The translations under genes were made by a program, and so were the position numbers. A DNA stretch of 64,000 bases from a virus (taxonomy: Duplodnaviria; Caudoviricetes), in the IMG/VR virus record IMGVR_UViG_3300014208_000026, positions 160,001-224,000 of that record; one strand, written 5' to 3'. This document shows, piece by piece, positions 1 to 9,850 of the stretch. Numbering within the stretch: position 1 is the stretch's first letter; each line of letters opens with the position of its first letter. Under the pieces are notes generated by a model that worked only from the letters and a program-made list of their open reading frames with translations, was not told the origin of the DNA and ran no database searches.

Positions 1-10
1 CTTTGGGCTT

Positions 11-352
11 TCAGGCAACATCGTCGAGTCCCCTTTTGAGTTTCTTGGCTCCCGAAGCGGCGGACCTCGCATGGTGGGAATGCCTGGGGGCCTGGAGTTT
101 CCTCGGCGAGTCAGCCCACATGATGGTGATCACCACGCCGTCTTTGCTGGTAACTACTGCCAGACCGTCATAGTCAGAAAGATCGACGTCCTGTTTCTTG
201 GCCGCTTCGATTTCTTTCCTGCCGATGAAATGGACCTCGTCATTCCCGACCTGTCTTACCTGTCGTCCCCAGGAGAGACAGGTTTCGACGGCGTTCTCGG
301 GGATGCTGCGATTCTTGGCTCGTTTCCGAGCGTGGTCGGATAGCGGTGTCAT
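11..352 (-). CDS. Small basic protein, DUF4258-like (RelE-like fold)
   Basis: 113-aa ORF starting LSDHARKRAKNRSIPENAVETCLSWG and with a VVTSKDGVVITI strand near the end. This is the H-A-x-x-R-x-x-x-R-x-I pattern of DUF4258-type proteins. It is divergent from the structural operon. Confidence 0.55.
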   Translation of the reverse strand: MTPLSDHARKRAKNRSIPENAVETCLSWGRQVRQVGNDEVHFIGRKEIEAAKKQDVDLSDYDGLAVVTSKDGVVITIMWADSPRKLQAPRHSHHARSAASGAKKLKRGLDDVA

Positions 353-417
353 TTTTCTTACCCGACCTCCCAGAGTGCCCGTTCCTATATACCCGATCTC
401 AGTCCAAGGGCATAGCC

Positions 418-451
418 CGTTTTTCTGGCTATTGACCCCGTAGAGGTAGGA
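418..451 (+). promoter_or_regulatory. Putative phage late promoter, motif copy 1 (CGTTTTTCTGG-CTATTG-N12-TAGGA)
   Basis: Same bipartite motif and spacing as the copies at 34129, 43371, 43415 and 43457. Lies 24 nt upstream of the GTG at 475. Confidence 0.6.
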
Positions 452-474
452 CTCCTGTGTGAGGTTTCGTACCC

Positions 475-1044
475 GTGAGCCAGCAAATGCTCAATCAGAC
501 TGATGATCTCACCCGAGAAAGTCTAGCGGGGGACCGTTTAGTTGTATCTGCGGGACCCTTTCTGCGAGCTTCGGGTTGGCGTGGCGGCCAGTGGGTCATG
601 TACGTGACTCCTACTGGGGTTGACGATTTCGTGGTCGAGAAGAGTGACGGGAATGATGTCGCTGGGTTCCTGATTTTCTCTTCTGAGAACTATGCCCCTG
701 GTCAGTCGTGGGGTTCGGTGAATAACTACACGGCCGGACAAGTGCGTCAGAGTCCTGCGGCTGCTTCGGGTGCTTCGACGGTCACGATGATGAACGGTGG
801 GGGCAGGTACCTGACTTTCGTTTACGAGACGGTAGCACTTGGGGGAGGAGGGGTACGAAATGGCGGGCCCGCGGTATACACGCTCAACGAGCCGCTCAAG
901 GTTTCGGAAAATGGTCTGCTCTGTAACGACTCCGATCTTTTCCTGGCTGCGGCTGGGGTTGTTAACCCTCATGTGGTGGCTCTGTGCTCAGCCGTTCCGG
1001 CTGCTAGGAACAATCTGAGGTTGGGTTTCGATTCGAAGTGGTAG
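475..1044 (+). CDS. Hypothetical virion structural protein (possible decoration protein)
   Basis: 189-aa Gly/Ala/Val-rich ORF with the backbone codon style, directly after a late-promoter-like motif and before the tube gene. Confidence 0.5.
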   Translation: MSQQMLNQTDDLTRESLAGDRLVVSAGPFLRASGWRGGQWVMYVTPTGVDDFVVEKSDGNDVAGFLIFSSENYAPGQSWGSVNNYTAGQVRQSPAAASGASTVTMMNGGGRYLTFVYETVALGGGGVRNGGPAVYTLNEPLKVSENGLLCNDSDLFLAAAGVVNPHVVALCSAVPAARNNLRLGFDSKW

Positions 1045-1119
1045 GCCCGGAGGGGTGACGCAATAGATAGGTTATAGCCCTTGCTTAGTGAGGGTTGCTT
1101 CGACGGTAGGAGATAAGCC

Positions 1120-1923
1120 ATGGCAGTTAATCAGGACCTGAATTCAGCGAACGGCGTCCAGGGAAGTTCGTACCTTTACCGGTACGGTACGACTCCGAAT
1201 ACTCGTGTCGCTGTGAGCCAGAAGGTTCGTATTCTGACGCCCCAGTATGGGGACTTGCAGACGATGAACCAGATCGGCGTTCTGTCGCAGTTCAGCCCGC
1301 AGGAGAGCCGGAACATTGAGCCGGTGCGTGGTATCGGTTTCGGCGATCAGATCGCTGAACTGGTCCCGTCCGTGACGGAGCCTCTGACGGCCGACTTTGA
1401 GCGAGCCCTTTGCTACCTCGCCAACCTGTGGCAAGCATTCGGTTATGCTTCGGGTACCAGCGGTCCGGTTCGTTCTCTGAGGCACCACAGGTGGCCGTTC
1501 GACGTGGAGATGCAGATTGTGTTCTCCACGTTGGCCGATATGGACCTTGGGGTCGGCAACACCGGCATGAGTGGGGCGGGGACCTTCTCGGGCGGTTTGA
1601 CTCGTGTGTCGTATCCGAAGACTACGATGTCTCAGCAGGCAACGGATAGCGGGCTGGACACCGGAAATCTCGGGCATTCGGCGCTGATTACGGTCTATGA
1701 GGCGTGCTGGTTCAACAACGCTTCGACGACCAACATTGCCAAGGACTCCGGAATGCTGATGGAGTCGGGTTCTGTTACGGTTACGGACGTTCACGACTTT
1801 GCTTCGCAGTACGGTGAGTTCCTGCCGACTGGCAATGACCCGTCGATCGGCCAGCTTGGGTCGGTTAGGTTCCAGACTGGTAGACAGGCGGCGTTTGGTG
1901 GCGTGAATCAGGGACTGGCGTAG
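1120..1923 (+). CDS. Probable tail tube protein
   Basis: 267 aa with a good RBS (GGAG). Contains IGVLSQFSPQESRNIEPVRGIG...IAELVPSVTEPLT and a late VYEACWF, resembling myophage tube proteins. Lies upstream of the chaperone and tape measure genes. Confidence 0.6.
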   Translation: MAVNQDLNSANGVQGSSYLYRYGTTPNTRVAVSQKVRILTPQYGDLQTMNQIGVLSQFSPQESRNIEPVRGIGFGDQIAELVPSVTEPLTADFERALCYLANLWQAFGYASGTSGPVRSLRHHRWPFDVEMQIVFSTLADMDLGVGNTGMSGAGTFSGGLTRVSYPKTTMSQQATDSGLDTGNLGHSALITVYEACWFNNASTTNIAKDSGMLMESGSVTVTDVHDFASQYGEFLPTGNDPSIGQLGSVRFQTGRQAAFGGVNQGLA

Positions 1924-2137
1924 ACGCCGGTATAGTAGGGTTAGTAGAAACCGGGACCGTTACGGTGGTTAGGACTGACAGATTTAGAACGGACAGATAG
2001 CATCGTTGGGCTGTTCCTTTCCCTCTGGGGGCTAGATTGAGATGAGGATGAGAATCCGACGAATGCTTGATTGAAGTTGGGCTGTCTTTCCTTTTACCTT
2101 CCGTGCCGTTCCCTCAACCGAGGGGAGATGCAACAAA

Positions 2138-3325
2138 ATGCTGGATTTCAAGGAACTTGAGGCCGCTCTAGGCTCTATCGAAGCCATTGGTATGGATGAG
2201 CTTGAGTTTCCCATTGAAGGGAAAACGGTTGTGTTGCGGGCTCTTCTGCCCTCAGAAGAGGTGGCTATTCAAAGAGCCGCCCGTAAGGCTCTCGATGAGG
2301 GCGAAAGCTCGGATATGCCCACCAACGTGGACTACCTGGACAAGTTCAAGACTGAGGCGTTGGCCTATTCTATCGTGCAGGTAGGGGATATCGATCTCCG
2401 TAAGGTCACGGAGGTTCCTACCGGAGAGAAGATGAAGGAAGGCACGCCGATCACGATTCAGAAGCACGTCGCCATGCGACAGCTTTTGAGGCGGTGGGGG
2501 CGTCCTGTTGTCAATGTGGTGTTCCGGAAGCTGGGGGAGCTGGCCAGCAAGATCGAAGCCCGAGCGGACAAGGCCGTCAAGTTCGAGCCCTCGGATTTGG
2601 AAGCGGAGAGAGATAGGTTGAAGGCCCGATTGGAAGAGGTGGAGGGGGAGATCGCGGAGCGTGAGAAGCCGCCTGAAGATCCCATGCGGAGTCATTTCAA
2701 GAATGTAGAGGCTCTGGTCGATGCTGAGTCCGAGGGGATGGACGCTCAGAGTATCCCCCAGCAACCGCAACCCTCGCCTGCGGAAGAAGAGATCGAACCA
2801 GACCCCGAAGTCTCGGAACCTGAAGTTCGACGGGCTGTTGAGCCTCGTCCGATCCCTATGCAGCGAACCACGGCTATTCCGGCTTCGGCTCCGCCCCCTC
2901 CACCTGTTTCCCGCCCCGTGCAGGCAGGGACCCAGCCCAAAGTTGCCCCTCCTCAGGAAGTCTACCCTGAGGATCTGCCTACCTATTTTGACGCCAGTAA
3001 TGAGGGCGAGGCAGAAGCTATGCTCGCGGCAGAGCATGAGCGTCAGCTTCGGCTTTTGCGGATGCGAAGAACCGCCGCCCCTGCCCCCTCTCAGGAAATC
3101 CCAAGTCTCCAAATGCGGCCTCCCCATATGGCGGCGGCTGAGGCGGATTTCGGTTCTGCGGAACGTCCCGTCTCCGTGGGCCAGGAGAACGGTCGAGAGG
3201 TCTACCAAATGCCTCCCGCGGTAGTCCCCCTGTTGAAGAAAGCCCCTGCGGGACCCGCCCCGACGGTGAATTCCATGGCGGGCGGAACTGCCAACAAGCG
3301 TTTCCAGAGTCCGCCGAAGTCCTAG
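2138..3325 (+). CDS. Probable tail assembly chaperone with Pro/Glu-rich disordered C-terminus
   Basis: 395 aa. The N-terminal half (ELEFPIEGKTVVLRAL...LAYSIVQVGDIDL) is typical of the gene between tube and tape measure. The C-terminal half is low-complexity. Confidence 0.5.
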   Translation: MLDFKELEAALGSIEAIGMDELEFPIEGKTVVLRALLPSEEVAIQRAARKALDEGESSDMPTNVDYLDKFKTEALAYSIVQVGDIDLRKVTEVPTGEKMKEGTPITIQKHVAMRQLLRRWGRPVVNVVFRKLGELASKIEARADKAVKFEPSDLEAERDRLKARLEEVEGEIAEREKPPEDPMRSHFKNVEALVDAESEGMDAQSIPQQPQPSPAEEEIEPDPEVSEPEVRRAVEPRPIPMQRTTAIPASAPPPPPVSRPVQAGTQPKVAPPQEVYPEDLPTYFDASNEGEAEAMLAAEHERQLRLLRMRRTAAPAPSQEIPSLQMRPPHMAAAEADFGSAERPVSVGQENGREVYQMPPAVVPLLKKAPAGPAPTVNSMAGGTANKRFQSPPKS

Positions 3326-3338
3326 TAGCTATGAAGAG

Positions 3339-4607
3339 GTGGGGACTGTGGCAGAGTTGCAGGAAGACAGGACGGAGGGGGCGCCGGTTGTTATAGCCCC
3401 TCTTCGGCCTGCTCAAATTCTGCTTGAGCGCACTTCCCCCGAAACTCGCAGTCCCTATTACAAAGACATCGAGAGTCTCGTATCCCCAGGATTTCTAACC
3501 CACACGGTCAAGGTCGGGGATGTGGTTCTGGGTTTCAGGTCTTTGACCAGCACCGACCTTTTCATGATCAAGCAAAGGTGTGGGGACGGGGTTGGGGATC
3601 TTTCCTGGCTCACCTGGGTGTTGGCTACTTCTGTTTGGATGGTGGCGGGTTGGAACCTGTTGGAAGAGTCCAATTCCGTTCCTCGACTGGCAAGAACTCT
3701 CCGGCACCTCCCTAAGAGAACTCTGCACGACCTGTTCACGGTAGTAGCGGGGTTGCTAAACCGCCAGAACAAGGCTGTCCGAGGAGCGGAGGCTTACTGC
3801 TACGAAGGTTCCTCCCGTTACTTGTGGAAGTCTTTGGGGAGGGCCCTGCCGGATGATTCCGCACGAGGTATCCCGGGGGCTTCCAGGGTGGGGCTTACGC
3901 ACGTCCAGAAGATGTGGGTCTCTTTCAACATGATGGAAGATGACCGGATGCAATCTTTGCAGGCTTGGGGGCAAGCCAAGCTGGTTGCCTCCGCGTCGAA
4001 CCCCAAGGGGGTTTCAAAGATTTCCCAGGCGGACGAGTCCGCGGCCCAGGAAGAGGAGCAGCGGCGTCAAGAGACGATGGACCGCTACTACTACCGAGCG
4101 GCTGGTTTCTTGACGGAAGAGGAAGCGGAACGGGCGTTCTCACGATTTGATAGACCCAGAGCCAAGTCCGTCGAGGAGCTTGAGGACGAGATGCGGCGTT
4201 GGGTTTCGGGCGAGATGGACGAACACGACCTTCTCGTGGCGGAGTACAAGCGGCAGATCACGGAGCGGATGGCTGCTGAAGAACAGAAACGGGAAGAGCG
4301 GATTCGTCAGCTTCGGGAGCAAGATGCTGAGGTGCAAAGAAACACTGGGTTCGAGCCAACAAAACTTGTGGGCTACACACCCGAGGAATTGCAACGTGTT
4401 TTGGGAGAAAGAAAGTCTGGGGTGGTGACTGTTTACGACGATTCGAGGACAAACCCCGAAGATCCTGTCTATAGGAAACACTTAGTGGGGCAACCGAAGC
4501 TTCCCCCTGGCTACCACGTCGTAGAGGACAAGATCATCTATGAAGGGGACCAGAGTTTGAACGAGCAGATTTCCGGTAGGCAGGTTACGTTTCGTGAGGG
4601 AGACTGA
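3339..4607 (+). CDS. Second pre-tape-measure protein (tail assembly chaperone-like)
   Basis: 422 aa, helical and charged, ending 2 nt before the tape measure start. Confidence 0.45.
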   Translation: MGTVAELQEDRTEGAPVVIAPLRPAQILLERTSPETRSPYYKDIESLVSPGFLTHTVKVGDVVLGFRSLTSTDLFMIKQRCGDGVGDLSWLTWVLATSVWMVAGWNLLEESNSVPRLARTLRHLPKRTLHDLFTVVAGLLNRQNKAVRGAEAYCYEGSSRYLWKSLGRALPDDSARGIPGASRVGLTHVQKMWVSFNMMEDDRMQSLQAWGQAKLVASASNPKGVSKISQADESAAQEEEQRRQETMDRYYYRAAGFLTEEEAERAFSRFDRPRAKSVEELEDEMRRWVSGEMDEHDLLVAEYKRQITERMAAEEQKREERIRQLREQDAEVQRNTGFEPTKLVGYTPEELQRVLGERKSGVVTVYDDSRTNPEDPVYRKHLVGQPKLPPGYHVVEDKIIYEGDQSLNEQISGRQVTFREGD

Positions 4608-4609
4608 GC

Positions 4610-7600
4610 ATGGCGGCTAAGAAGGGCGGGACAGGTAAGCGAGAAGACTCTGTCATGATGAACATGGGGGTGAGTTTTGCCTCCGATATCGTGTCCGCTT
4701 CTCCTGAGTTCAAGAAACTGGCCGAGAGTTTCGGTGCGGATCTGTCTGCCGCTCAGTCTTCGGCTATCAAGCGTTCGTCGACCAAGCACGTCAAGGAACT
4801 GCAAACGTTCATCAAGAAGATGGACACGCAGTATGCCCAGGCTCTTGTTATCGAGGACAAGAAAGCCCAGAAGCTTGCTCTGAATGCCGTCGCCAAGGAG
4901 TTCAAGACCCGTTGGAACAACGAGGAGCGTTTCCTAGGGCACCGTGAGCAAGCGGCCAAGGACGCAGAAGAGACCCTCAAGAAGAACTTTGCAGCTAGGA
5001 CAGAGGAGTTTGGTAACGGGCTTCAGGACGCTTTCTCGCAAGCCACCTCTGGGGATATCGGGGGGTTCGCCAATCTGTTCAAGAAGTTTGGTGGCGGGTT
5101 AGAGAAAAAGGGGATGGGTCTTAAAGATTCCACCAGCAAAACAGAAAAGGGTTTGGGAGAAATTCTGGCGAGATTGGGGCCTCTTGCGATTGGTCTTGGT
5201 GCTGTTGTCGCTGGTTTTGCGGCTATTGCGGGGGTGATCATCCAGGCCGACTCCCAAGCCAAGGAATTCAATAAAAGCATTCTGGATGGTGTGTCTATCG
5301 GGGATCTGGGGGTCAAACAGGCTTACCAGACGGCAGAGGCTTTGGAGGAAGTGCGAAAGGCATCTCTGAATCTGACCGAGTTTGGAACCCTGGCCCAAGA
5401 CAATATAGCTATTCTGAATGCTTATGCCAAGGCTGGTCTTACTTTCCGTGAAATTCGCGGAGAGCTTGACAGTTCTAGTGCCGCAATGATGCGTTACACT
5501 TCTGCCATGAAAACTGCTCTTGTGTATTCGAAACTGTTTGGGGAGGACGTGACTAGCGTTGCTACCTCCTCGGCAGAGTACGTCGAGGATTTGGGGTTGA
5601 CCATTGGGGGTGTCGAGGATCGGTTCGCAACATTGTACAAGAAAGCCCTGCAGTCAGGGTTCGGGGTTCAGCGGTTCTACTCCATGGTGCTGCAGGCAAC
5701 TTCCGGCATGGCCATGTACAACGTCCGAATCGAGGAAGCCGCGGGTTTGTTGCTTAAGATCGGTAAGGTTCTGGGTTCTAAAATGGGGGGTGAGTACCTT
5801 CAGTCTTTGACTAAGGGTTTCATGGACGAGTCCATGACAGATCGTATAAAGAGAATCATGATTACGGGTCCGGAGAAGTTCGCGGGGTACTTTGTTCGCG
5901 ATGCTGACGCCATGGCTACGGATTTCTTGGAGAAACTAGGAGACAAGCTTGGTGAGGATAGCGGTCTGGCGAAGAACGTTGAAGCAGCCTTGCAAGCTGC
6001 GGGTATCGATGTTGCAGGGATAAAGCGATCTGGCACTGGAAAAGATTCTCTCCTCAGCGGTTTGAAAGCCATGAAGAAAACCGACAGGGATTTGATGCTG
6101 TCTGCCATCAGGTCTCAAGGGGGGAGCGGGGAAGCACTGGCACGTCAACTCGGAAAACTCATCCAGTTGACGGATGGTACCAAGGGGGGCATGGAGAACA
6201 TGGCCCAGAACATCGGGGCTTTAGGGATGGGTTCTGTTCTGGCCGCCAAGATGGAACACGGTCAAGCCATTATCGGAAAGTCTATCCAGGATATGACTAG
6301 ACTTGACCGTATAGCTTTCGAGAATATTACAGGTATATCCGGAGAGGCGTTCGAGCAGTTGAAGCAGATTGCGGCCTCGTCAGCGGGGGACTGGGTTCAG
6401 CTACAGAAGTTGGCGAAAGCCGGAGAGTCTCAGACGGACCTGTTCGAGAAATTCGGAGTGATCGCGGAGAAACAGGCTGACGGTACTTTCAAGTATTTTA
6501 AGGCCCAAGATGATGGTGCGGGGAACTTAACCAAAAACGGTCTAGAACTGAAAAATTCGATGGATCTTATGTCGGCTAATGAGCAGAAGTATGGCGATGA
6601 GATGAAACAGATAGTGGACGAACAAACCCTGTTGGCTCGTACGGTAGCTGAGAACACTACTGGTATCATGCAATTTCTCCAGCAGCGGGTCCAGCAAGCT
6701 TTGGAGGGCATCTACGATGCGGTCCAAAGCATTTTAGGTTTCCTTGGGCTTGGAGCTGACGAGGATGAGAAAAAGTTACGGGATCAGGCTTCTCAAGATG
6801 TGAAAAACCAGATTGCAGGTTTGAGAAAACAGCAGGATGCAGCCAACGTTACCGAATCAGAATTGATGAAAAAGATATCGGAAAGTTCAGGAGATGAAAA
6901 GAAATTCTATGAGACGCAGCTTAGTGACCTGAAAGAAGGTAACAAGTTCCGCCAGATGAGCCAGGAGCTTCTAGGGCAGCAACTTTTAGCTTTGAATTCT
7001 TTGCAGGAGGGGGGTTTCGATACGGTAGCGGGAGCTAGAGGTAAAGCTTTGGAGTCTCCAGCAGCGCAGGCGGCCATCAAGGCTATTGCTGAACGCTATG
7101 GCCTTTCAGATAAGCTTCTTGAAGAGGCTACTCGAAGGGGTGAGTTGGGGGGTTCCAGTTTTGAAAAAAAGTATCGGATGGAAAAGTGGAGTGACTTCGA
7201 TACAGATACCTATCGGTCATATAATGTCAAAACCCCAGAAGGTCGTGCTGCAGATATGGCGCGAGGTGTAGCTGATACTATGTCCAATTGGACGGGACAG
7301 AACGCCTCTCCTGTCATGACATTGTCCCCGGAAGATCAAGCCAAGGCTCTCGAAGAGCAGACAGGATTCGTGGAGGAAGCGACCTATGATGCCAAGGACA
7401 ATTCTCCTCAGGGTTTGAAAAGAAAAGCTTGGGCAGTCAAGCAACAAAAGGCTCTGCTGGATATCATCAATCCGAAAGAGATGGCAAAGGCTTGGGGGGA
7501 GAACGAAGATAGACGGGAAGCGGGCAAAATCGCACTGGCTGCAGGTTTGCAGGGGGACGAGTTCAAAGAGGCCGTAGAAGGTTTGATGGCAGGTAAGCTT

Positions 7601-7963
7601 ACGCCTGCTTTGGATTTTGCCTTGGATCGGTCGGTTCGTATCGGGGGCAAACAAATGTCTCTCCGTGAAGCCTCCGCTGAAAAATTGCTAGACAGGGGAA
7701 TCAGTCCAGACGGTATGCCGATGTCTGTTCCTGGAGTCGAAGATTTCATGCTCCGTCTCGGTTCCGATCGTGTCGAGGCCATGCGGATCAATCGCGGGGA
7801 CCAACTGTTCGGGGCTAAACCAAACGGCCCTATATCTCAGGCAGGGAATTCAGGGGGCCCTGGCAAAGGAACAGGCGGGACTGTGAACATTACCATCAAC
7901 GGGAATGAAGAGAAAGCCTATGCCGTAGTGCGTAGGGCTCTCCAGACCGTAGGGATAGTCTAA
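4610..7963 (+). CDS. Tape measure protein
   Basis: 1117 aa, Ala/Lys/Glu/Gly-rich and helical. Has one hydrophobic segment (LGPLAIGLGAVVAGFAAIAGVII) and a C-terminal GTVNITING motif. Canonical position in the tail module. Confidence 0.75.
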   Translation: MAAKKGGTGKREDSVMMNMGVSFASDIVSASPEFKKLAESFGADLSAAQSSAIKRSSTKHVKELQTFIKKMDTQYAQALVIEDKKAQKLALNAVAKEFKTRWNNEERFLGHREQAAKDAEETLKKNFAARTEEFGNGLQDAFSQATSGDIGGFANLFKKFGGGLEKKGMGLKDSTSKTEKGLGEILARLGPLAIGLGAVVAGFAAIAGVIIQADSQAKEFNKSILDGVSIGDLGVKQAYQTAEALEEVRKASLNLTEFGTLAQDNIAILNAYAKAGLTFREIRGELDSSSAAMMRYTSAMKTALVYSKLFGEDVTSVATSSAEYVEDLGLTIGGVEDRFATLYKKALQSGFGVQRFYSMVLQATSGMAMYNVRIEEAAGLLLKIGKVLGSKMGGEYLQSLTKGFMDESMTDRIKRIMITGPEKFAGYFVRDADAMATDFLEKLGDKLGEDSGLAKNVEAALQAAGIDVAGIKRSGTGKDSLLSGLKAMKKTDRDLMLSAIRSQGGSGEALARQLGKLIQLTDGTKGGMENMAQNIGALGMGSVLAAKMEHGQAIIGKSIQDMTRLDRIAFENITGISGEAFEQLKQIAASSAGDWVQLQKLAKAGESQTDLFEKFGVIAEKQADGTFKYFKAQDDGAGNLTKNGLELKNSMDLMSANEQKYGDEMKQIVDEQTLLARTVAENTTGIMQFLQQRVQQALEGIYDAVQSILGFLGLGADEDEKKLRDQASQDVKNQIAGLRKQQDAANVTESELMKKISESSGDEKKFYETQLSDLKEGNKFRQMSQELLGQQLLALNSLQEGGFDTVAGARGKALESPAAQAAIKAIAERYGLSDKLLEEATRRGELGGSSFEKKYRMEKWSDFDTDTYRSYNVKTPEGRAADMARGVADTMSNWTGQNASPVMTLSPEDQAKALEEQTGFVEEATYDAKDNSPQGLKRKAWAVKQQKALLDIINPKEMAKAWGENEDRREAGKIALAAGLQGDEFKEAVEGLMAGKLTPALDFALDRSVRIGGKQMSLREASAEKLLDRGISPDGMPMSVPGVEDFMLRLGSDRVEAMRINRGDQLFGAKPNGPISQAGNSGGPGKGTGGTVNITINGNEEKAYAVVRRALQTVGIV

Positions 7964-7964
7964 G

Positions 7965-8576
7965 ATGGGACAGCCGCTATTCAGGAGTGCTTTCCAATCC
8001 CCCGCTGACGAGTTCAACGGGCAGGGGAAACGCCCCGTCGTGTTCGATATCGTAGCCCCTGACTTCGAAACCAGCCTGTTGCCCGATGACGTAAAGCTGG
8101 TACTGCACGTGAACCCTTCCTCGATGAAGATCACATACAACAAGGTCATTGAAAGAACCCAGACTCTCGGGGGGTTCGTGGAGTTCCACTGGGGGGACGG
8201 AGCCGGAGAGATCACGTTCGAGATGGCTACGGGCGGGCTCATGCGGCTCTATAGTGGACTCTCGAACATTACTGGAGGAACAGGCTCCCTGGATGTAGGT
8301 GGTACGAGAAGGGACACGATAGCCTACGACAAGTACTTGGATATTCTGGCTCTGTTCCACAACAACGGGGCTATCTACGATGTGAACGGCAATATCTTCC
8401 TCCAAGGGGCGATTAAGGTCTCTTTCGACGGAGGAATTTACGTAGGTTGGTTCAACTCGTTCTCTGTCAATGAGGAGGTATCCAAGCCATACCAGTTCGG
8501 TTTGTCTGCCGGATTCACGTTGATGTACGAGATTGTCCGGTTCAGGACCACGGATATCTCTTTGCTGGGGAGTTAG
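7965..8576 (+). CDS. Tail tube initiator / baseplate-tube junction protein (gp48/gp54-like)
   Basis: 203 aa with LVLHVNPSSMKITYNK...TLGGFVEFHWGDGAGEITF. Directly follows the tape measure gene. Confidence 0.55.
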   Translation: MGQPLFRSAFQSPADEFNGQGKRPVVFDIVAPDFETSLLPDDVKLVLHVNPSSMKITYNKVIERTQTLGGFVEFHWGDGAGEITFEMATGGLMRLYSGLSNITGGTGSLDVGGTRRDTIAYDKYLDILALFHNNGAIYDVNGNIFLQGAIKVSFDGGIYVGWFNSFSVNEEVSKPYQFGLSAGFTLMYEIVRFRTTDISLLGS

Positions 8577-8582
8577 TTAGAA

Positions 8583-9845
8583 ATGGCCAGTAACCTTGTC
8601 CCCGCTACCTCCCCGCCGCCTGCCCAGATCTATCAAGTGCCGGTTGGTCCGATTTTCAACCACACCTTTGAGATTCAGGACGGAATGCCGGTCGACGGGT
8701 CTCGGAACCTGTCCCGGGCTCTCTCTCCGTTCGTCATTGAGATTCTGCCCCCGTTGGTGATGGGGACGGACCCAGAAGCGGAGGCAAGCGCAAATACGGG
8801 GTACGTGGACGCTTTCAGCAGAGGGCTGGCGTCAGTGCCTTTCGTGAAGGCCAGGGACCGTTTGCAGACCATGTCCTATATCGGGGTGGACAAGCTTTCC
8901 TCCATGGAGGCATTCGTTTCTTCGGGGCAGGTGATCACCGACCAGATGGTGGTTGGAGACACTCAGAAGTCCCTTAAGAATCCTTATTTGGCGGATGCCA
9001 GAGCGGCTTGCGATATCAGCATACAATTATCGAAGATCCTCAAGACTCCGCCTTTGACACTGCTAATCAATCCGGAGTCCTTATCTCTGCAGTTCACCAA
9101 GATTCAGCAATACTCGGACCGTTCTAGGCATGGGTTGATCTTTCAAAGTTTCGGAGCTGAGCAACCCAAGCTGTCGGTAACCGGTCGCATCGGAGCTTTC
9201 ATAGCGGGTTCTCCTCCTGGCACTTCTGCCTTGGCTTCTGGAAAAACTACGACGCCTACGGGGGTCCAGTTCGCCAGCAAGAGGAACTCGGCTTCGTGGC
9301 AGAACTTGATGGCTCTGTTTAGTTTCTATGCTAACAATGGCTACATCTATGATACCTTGAATAAATCGAATGCTAATTACTTTGTTGGTGCTTTAGCTAT
9401 ACATTATGACAGTTTTAGTTATATTGGGAACTGCAATTCGTTCGGTTTTGGCTACGATGAAACTAACGTTCAGGGAGCGGTGTCCTTTGACTTGGATTTC
9501 ACAGTGTCCATGTTGATTGACAACGCTCAATCAACGGGCGTAGTGCGACCTATGAGAGCCCTCTCGGATTCTCCGGTCACGCCTGGAATGTTTGGCGGGA
9601 TGGCCCCTGCTGGAGCAGATCCGACTAATGACCTTGGTCGGTTGGAGCGGTTCGATAATGCACACGCGATTAGGGCGGCTGCGTCGACCGTCCGTCCGGT
9701 AAATCCGAACGTTCTCCCTGTGTTACAGCAGGTTAGGCAGAGTATAATTGATCTCCCGAGTAGTACGGGAGGTTTCGAGCCGACACAGGCAGTGACCGGT
9801 AGAAATGTTGTAAGGCGAGCTACGCCTTTTATTAAGAGCAGGTGA
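8583..9845 (+). CDS. Second tube-initiator-like paralogue
   Basis: 420 aa. The internal LTLLINPESLSLQFTK...GLIFQSFGAEQPKLSVTG aligns by eye with the 7965-8576 product. Confidence 0.5.
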   Translation: MASNLVPATSPPPAQIYQVPVGPIFNHTFEIQDGMPVDGSRNLSRALSPFVIEILPPLVMGTDPEAEASANTGYVDAFSRGLASVPFVKARDRLQTMSYIGVDKLSSMEAFVSSGQVITDQMVVGDTQKSLKNPYLADARAACDISIQLSKILKTPPLTLLINPESLSLQFTKIQQYSDRSRHGLIFQSFGAEQPKLSVTGRIGAFIAGSPPGTSALASGKTTTPTGVQFASKRNSASWQNLMALFSFYANNGYIYDTLNKSNANYFVGALAIHYDSFSYIGNCNSFGFGYDETNVQGAVSFDLDFTVSMLIDNAQSTGVVRPMRALSDSPVTPGMFGGMAPAGADPTNDLGRLERFDNAHAIRAAASTVRPVNPNVLPVLQQVRQSIIDLPSSTGGFEPTQAVTGRNVVRRATPFIKSR

Positions 9846-9850
9846 GGATT

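Noticed and set aside
3260-3345. Lambda G/GT-like programmed frameshift joining the two pre-tape-measure genes
   Set aside because: The downstream gene is in the +1 frame, not -1. No X XXY YYZ heptamer is visible, gene 1 ends in a double TAG, and gene 2 has its own GAGG-GTG start.
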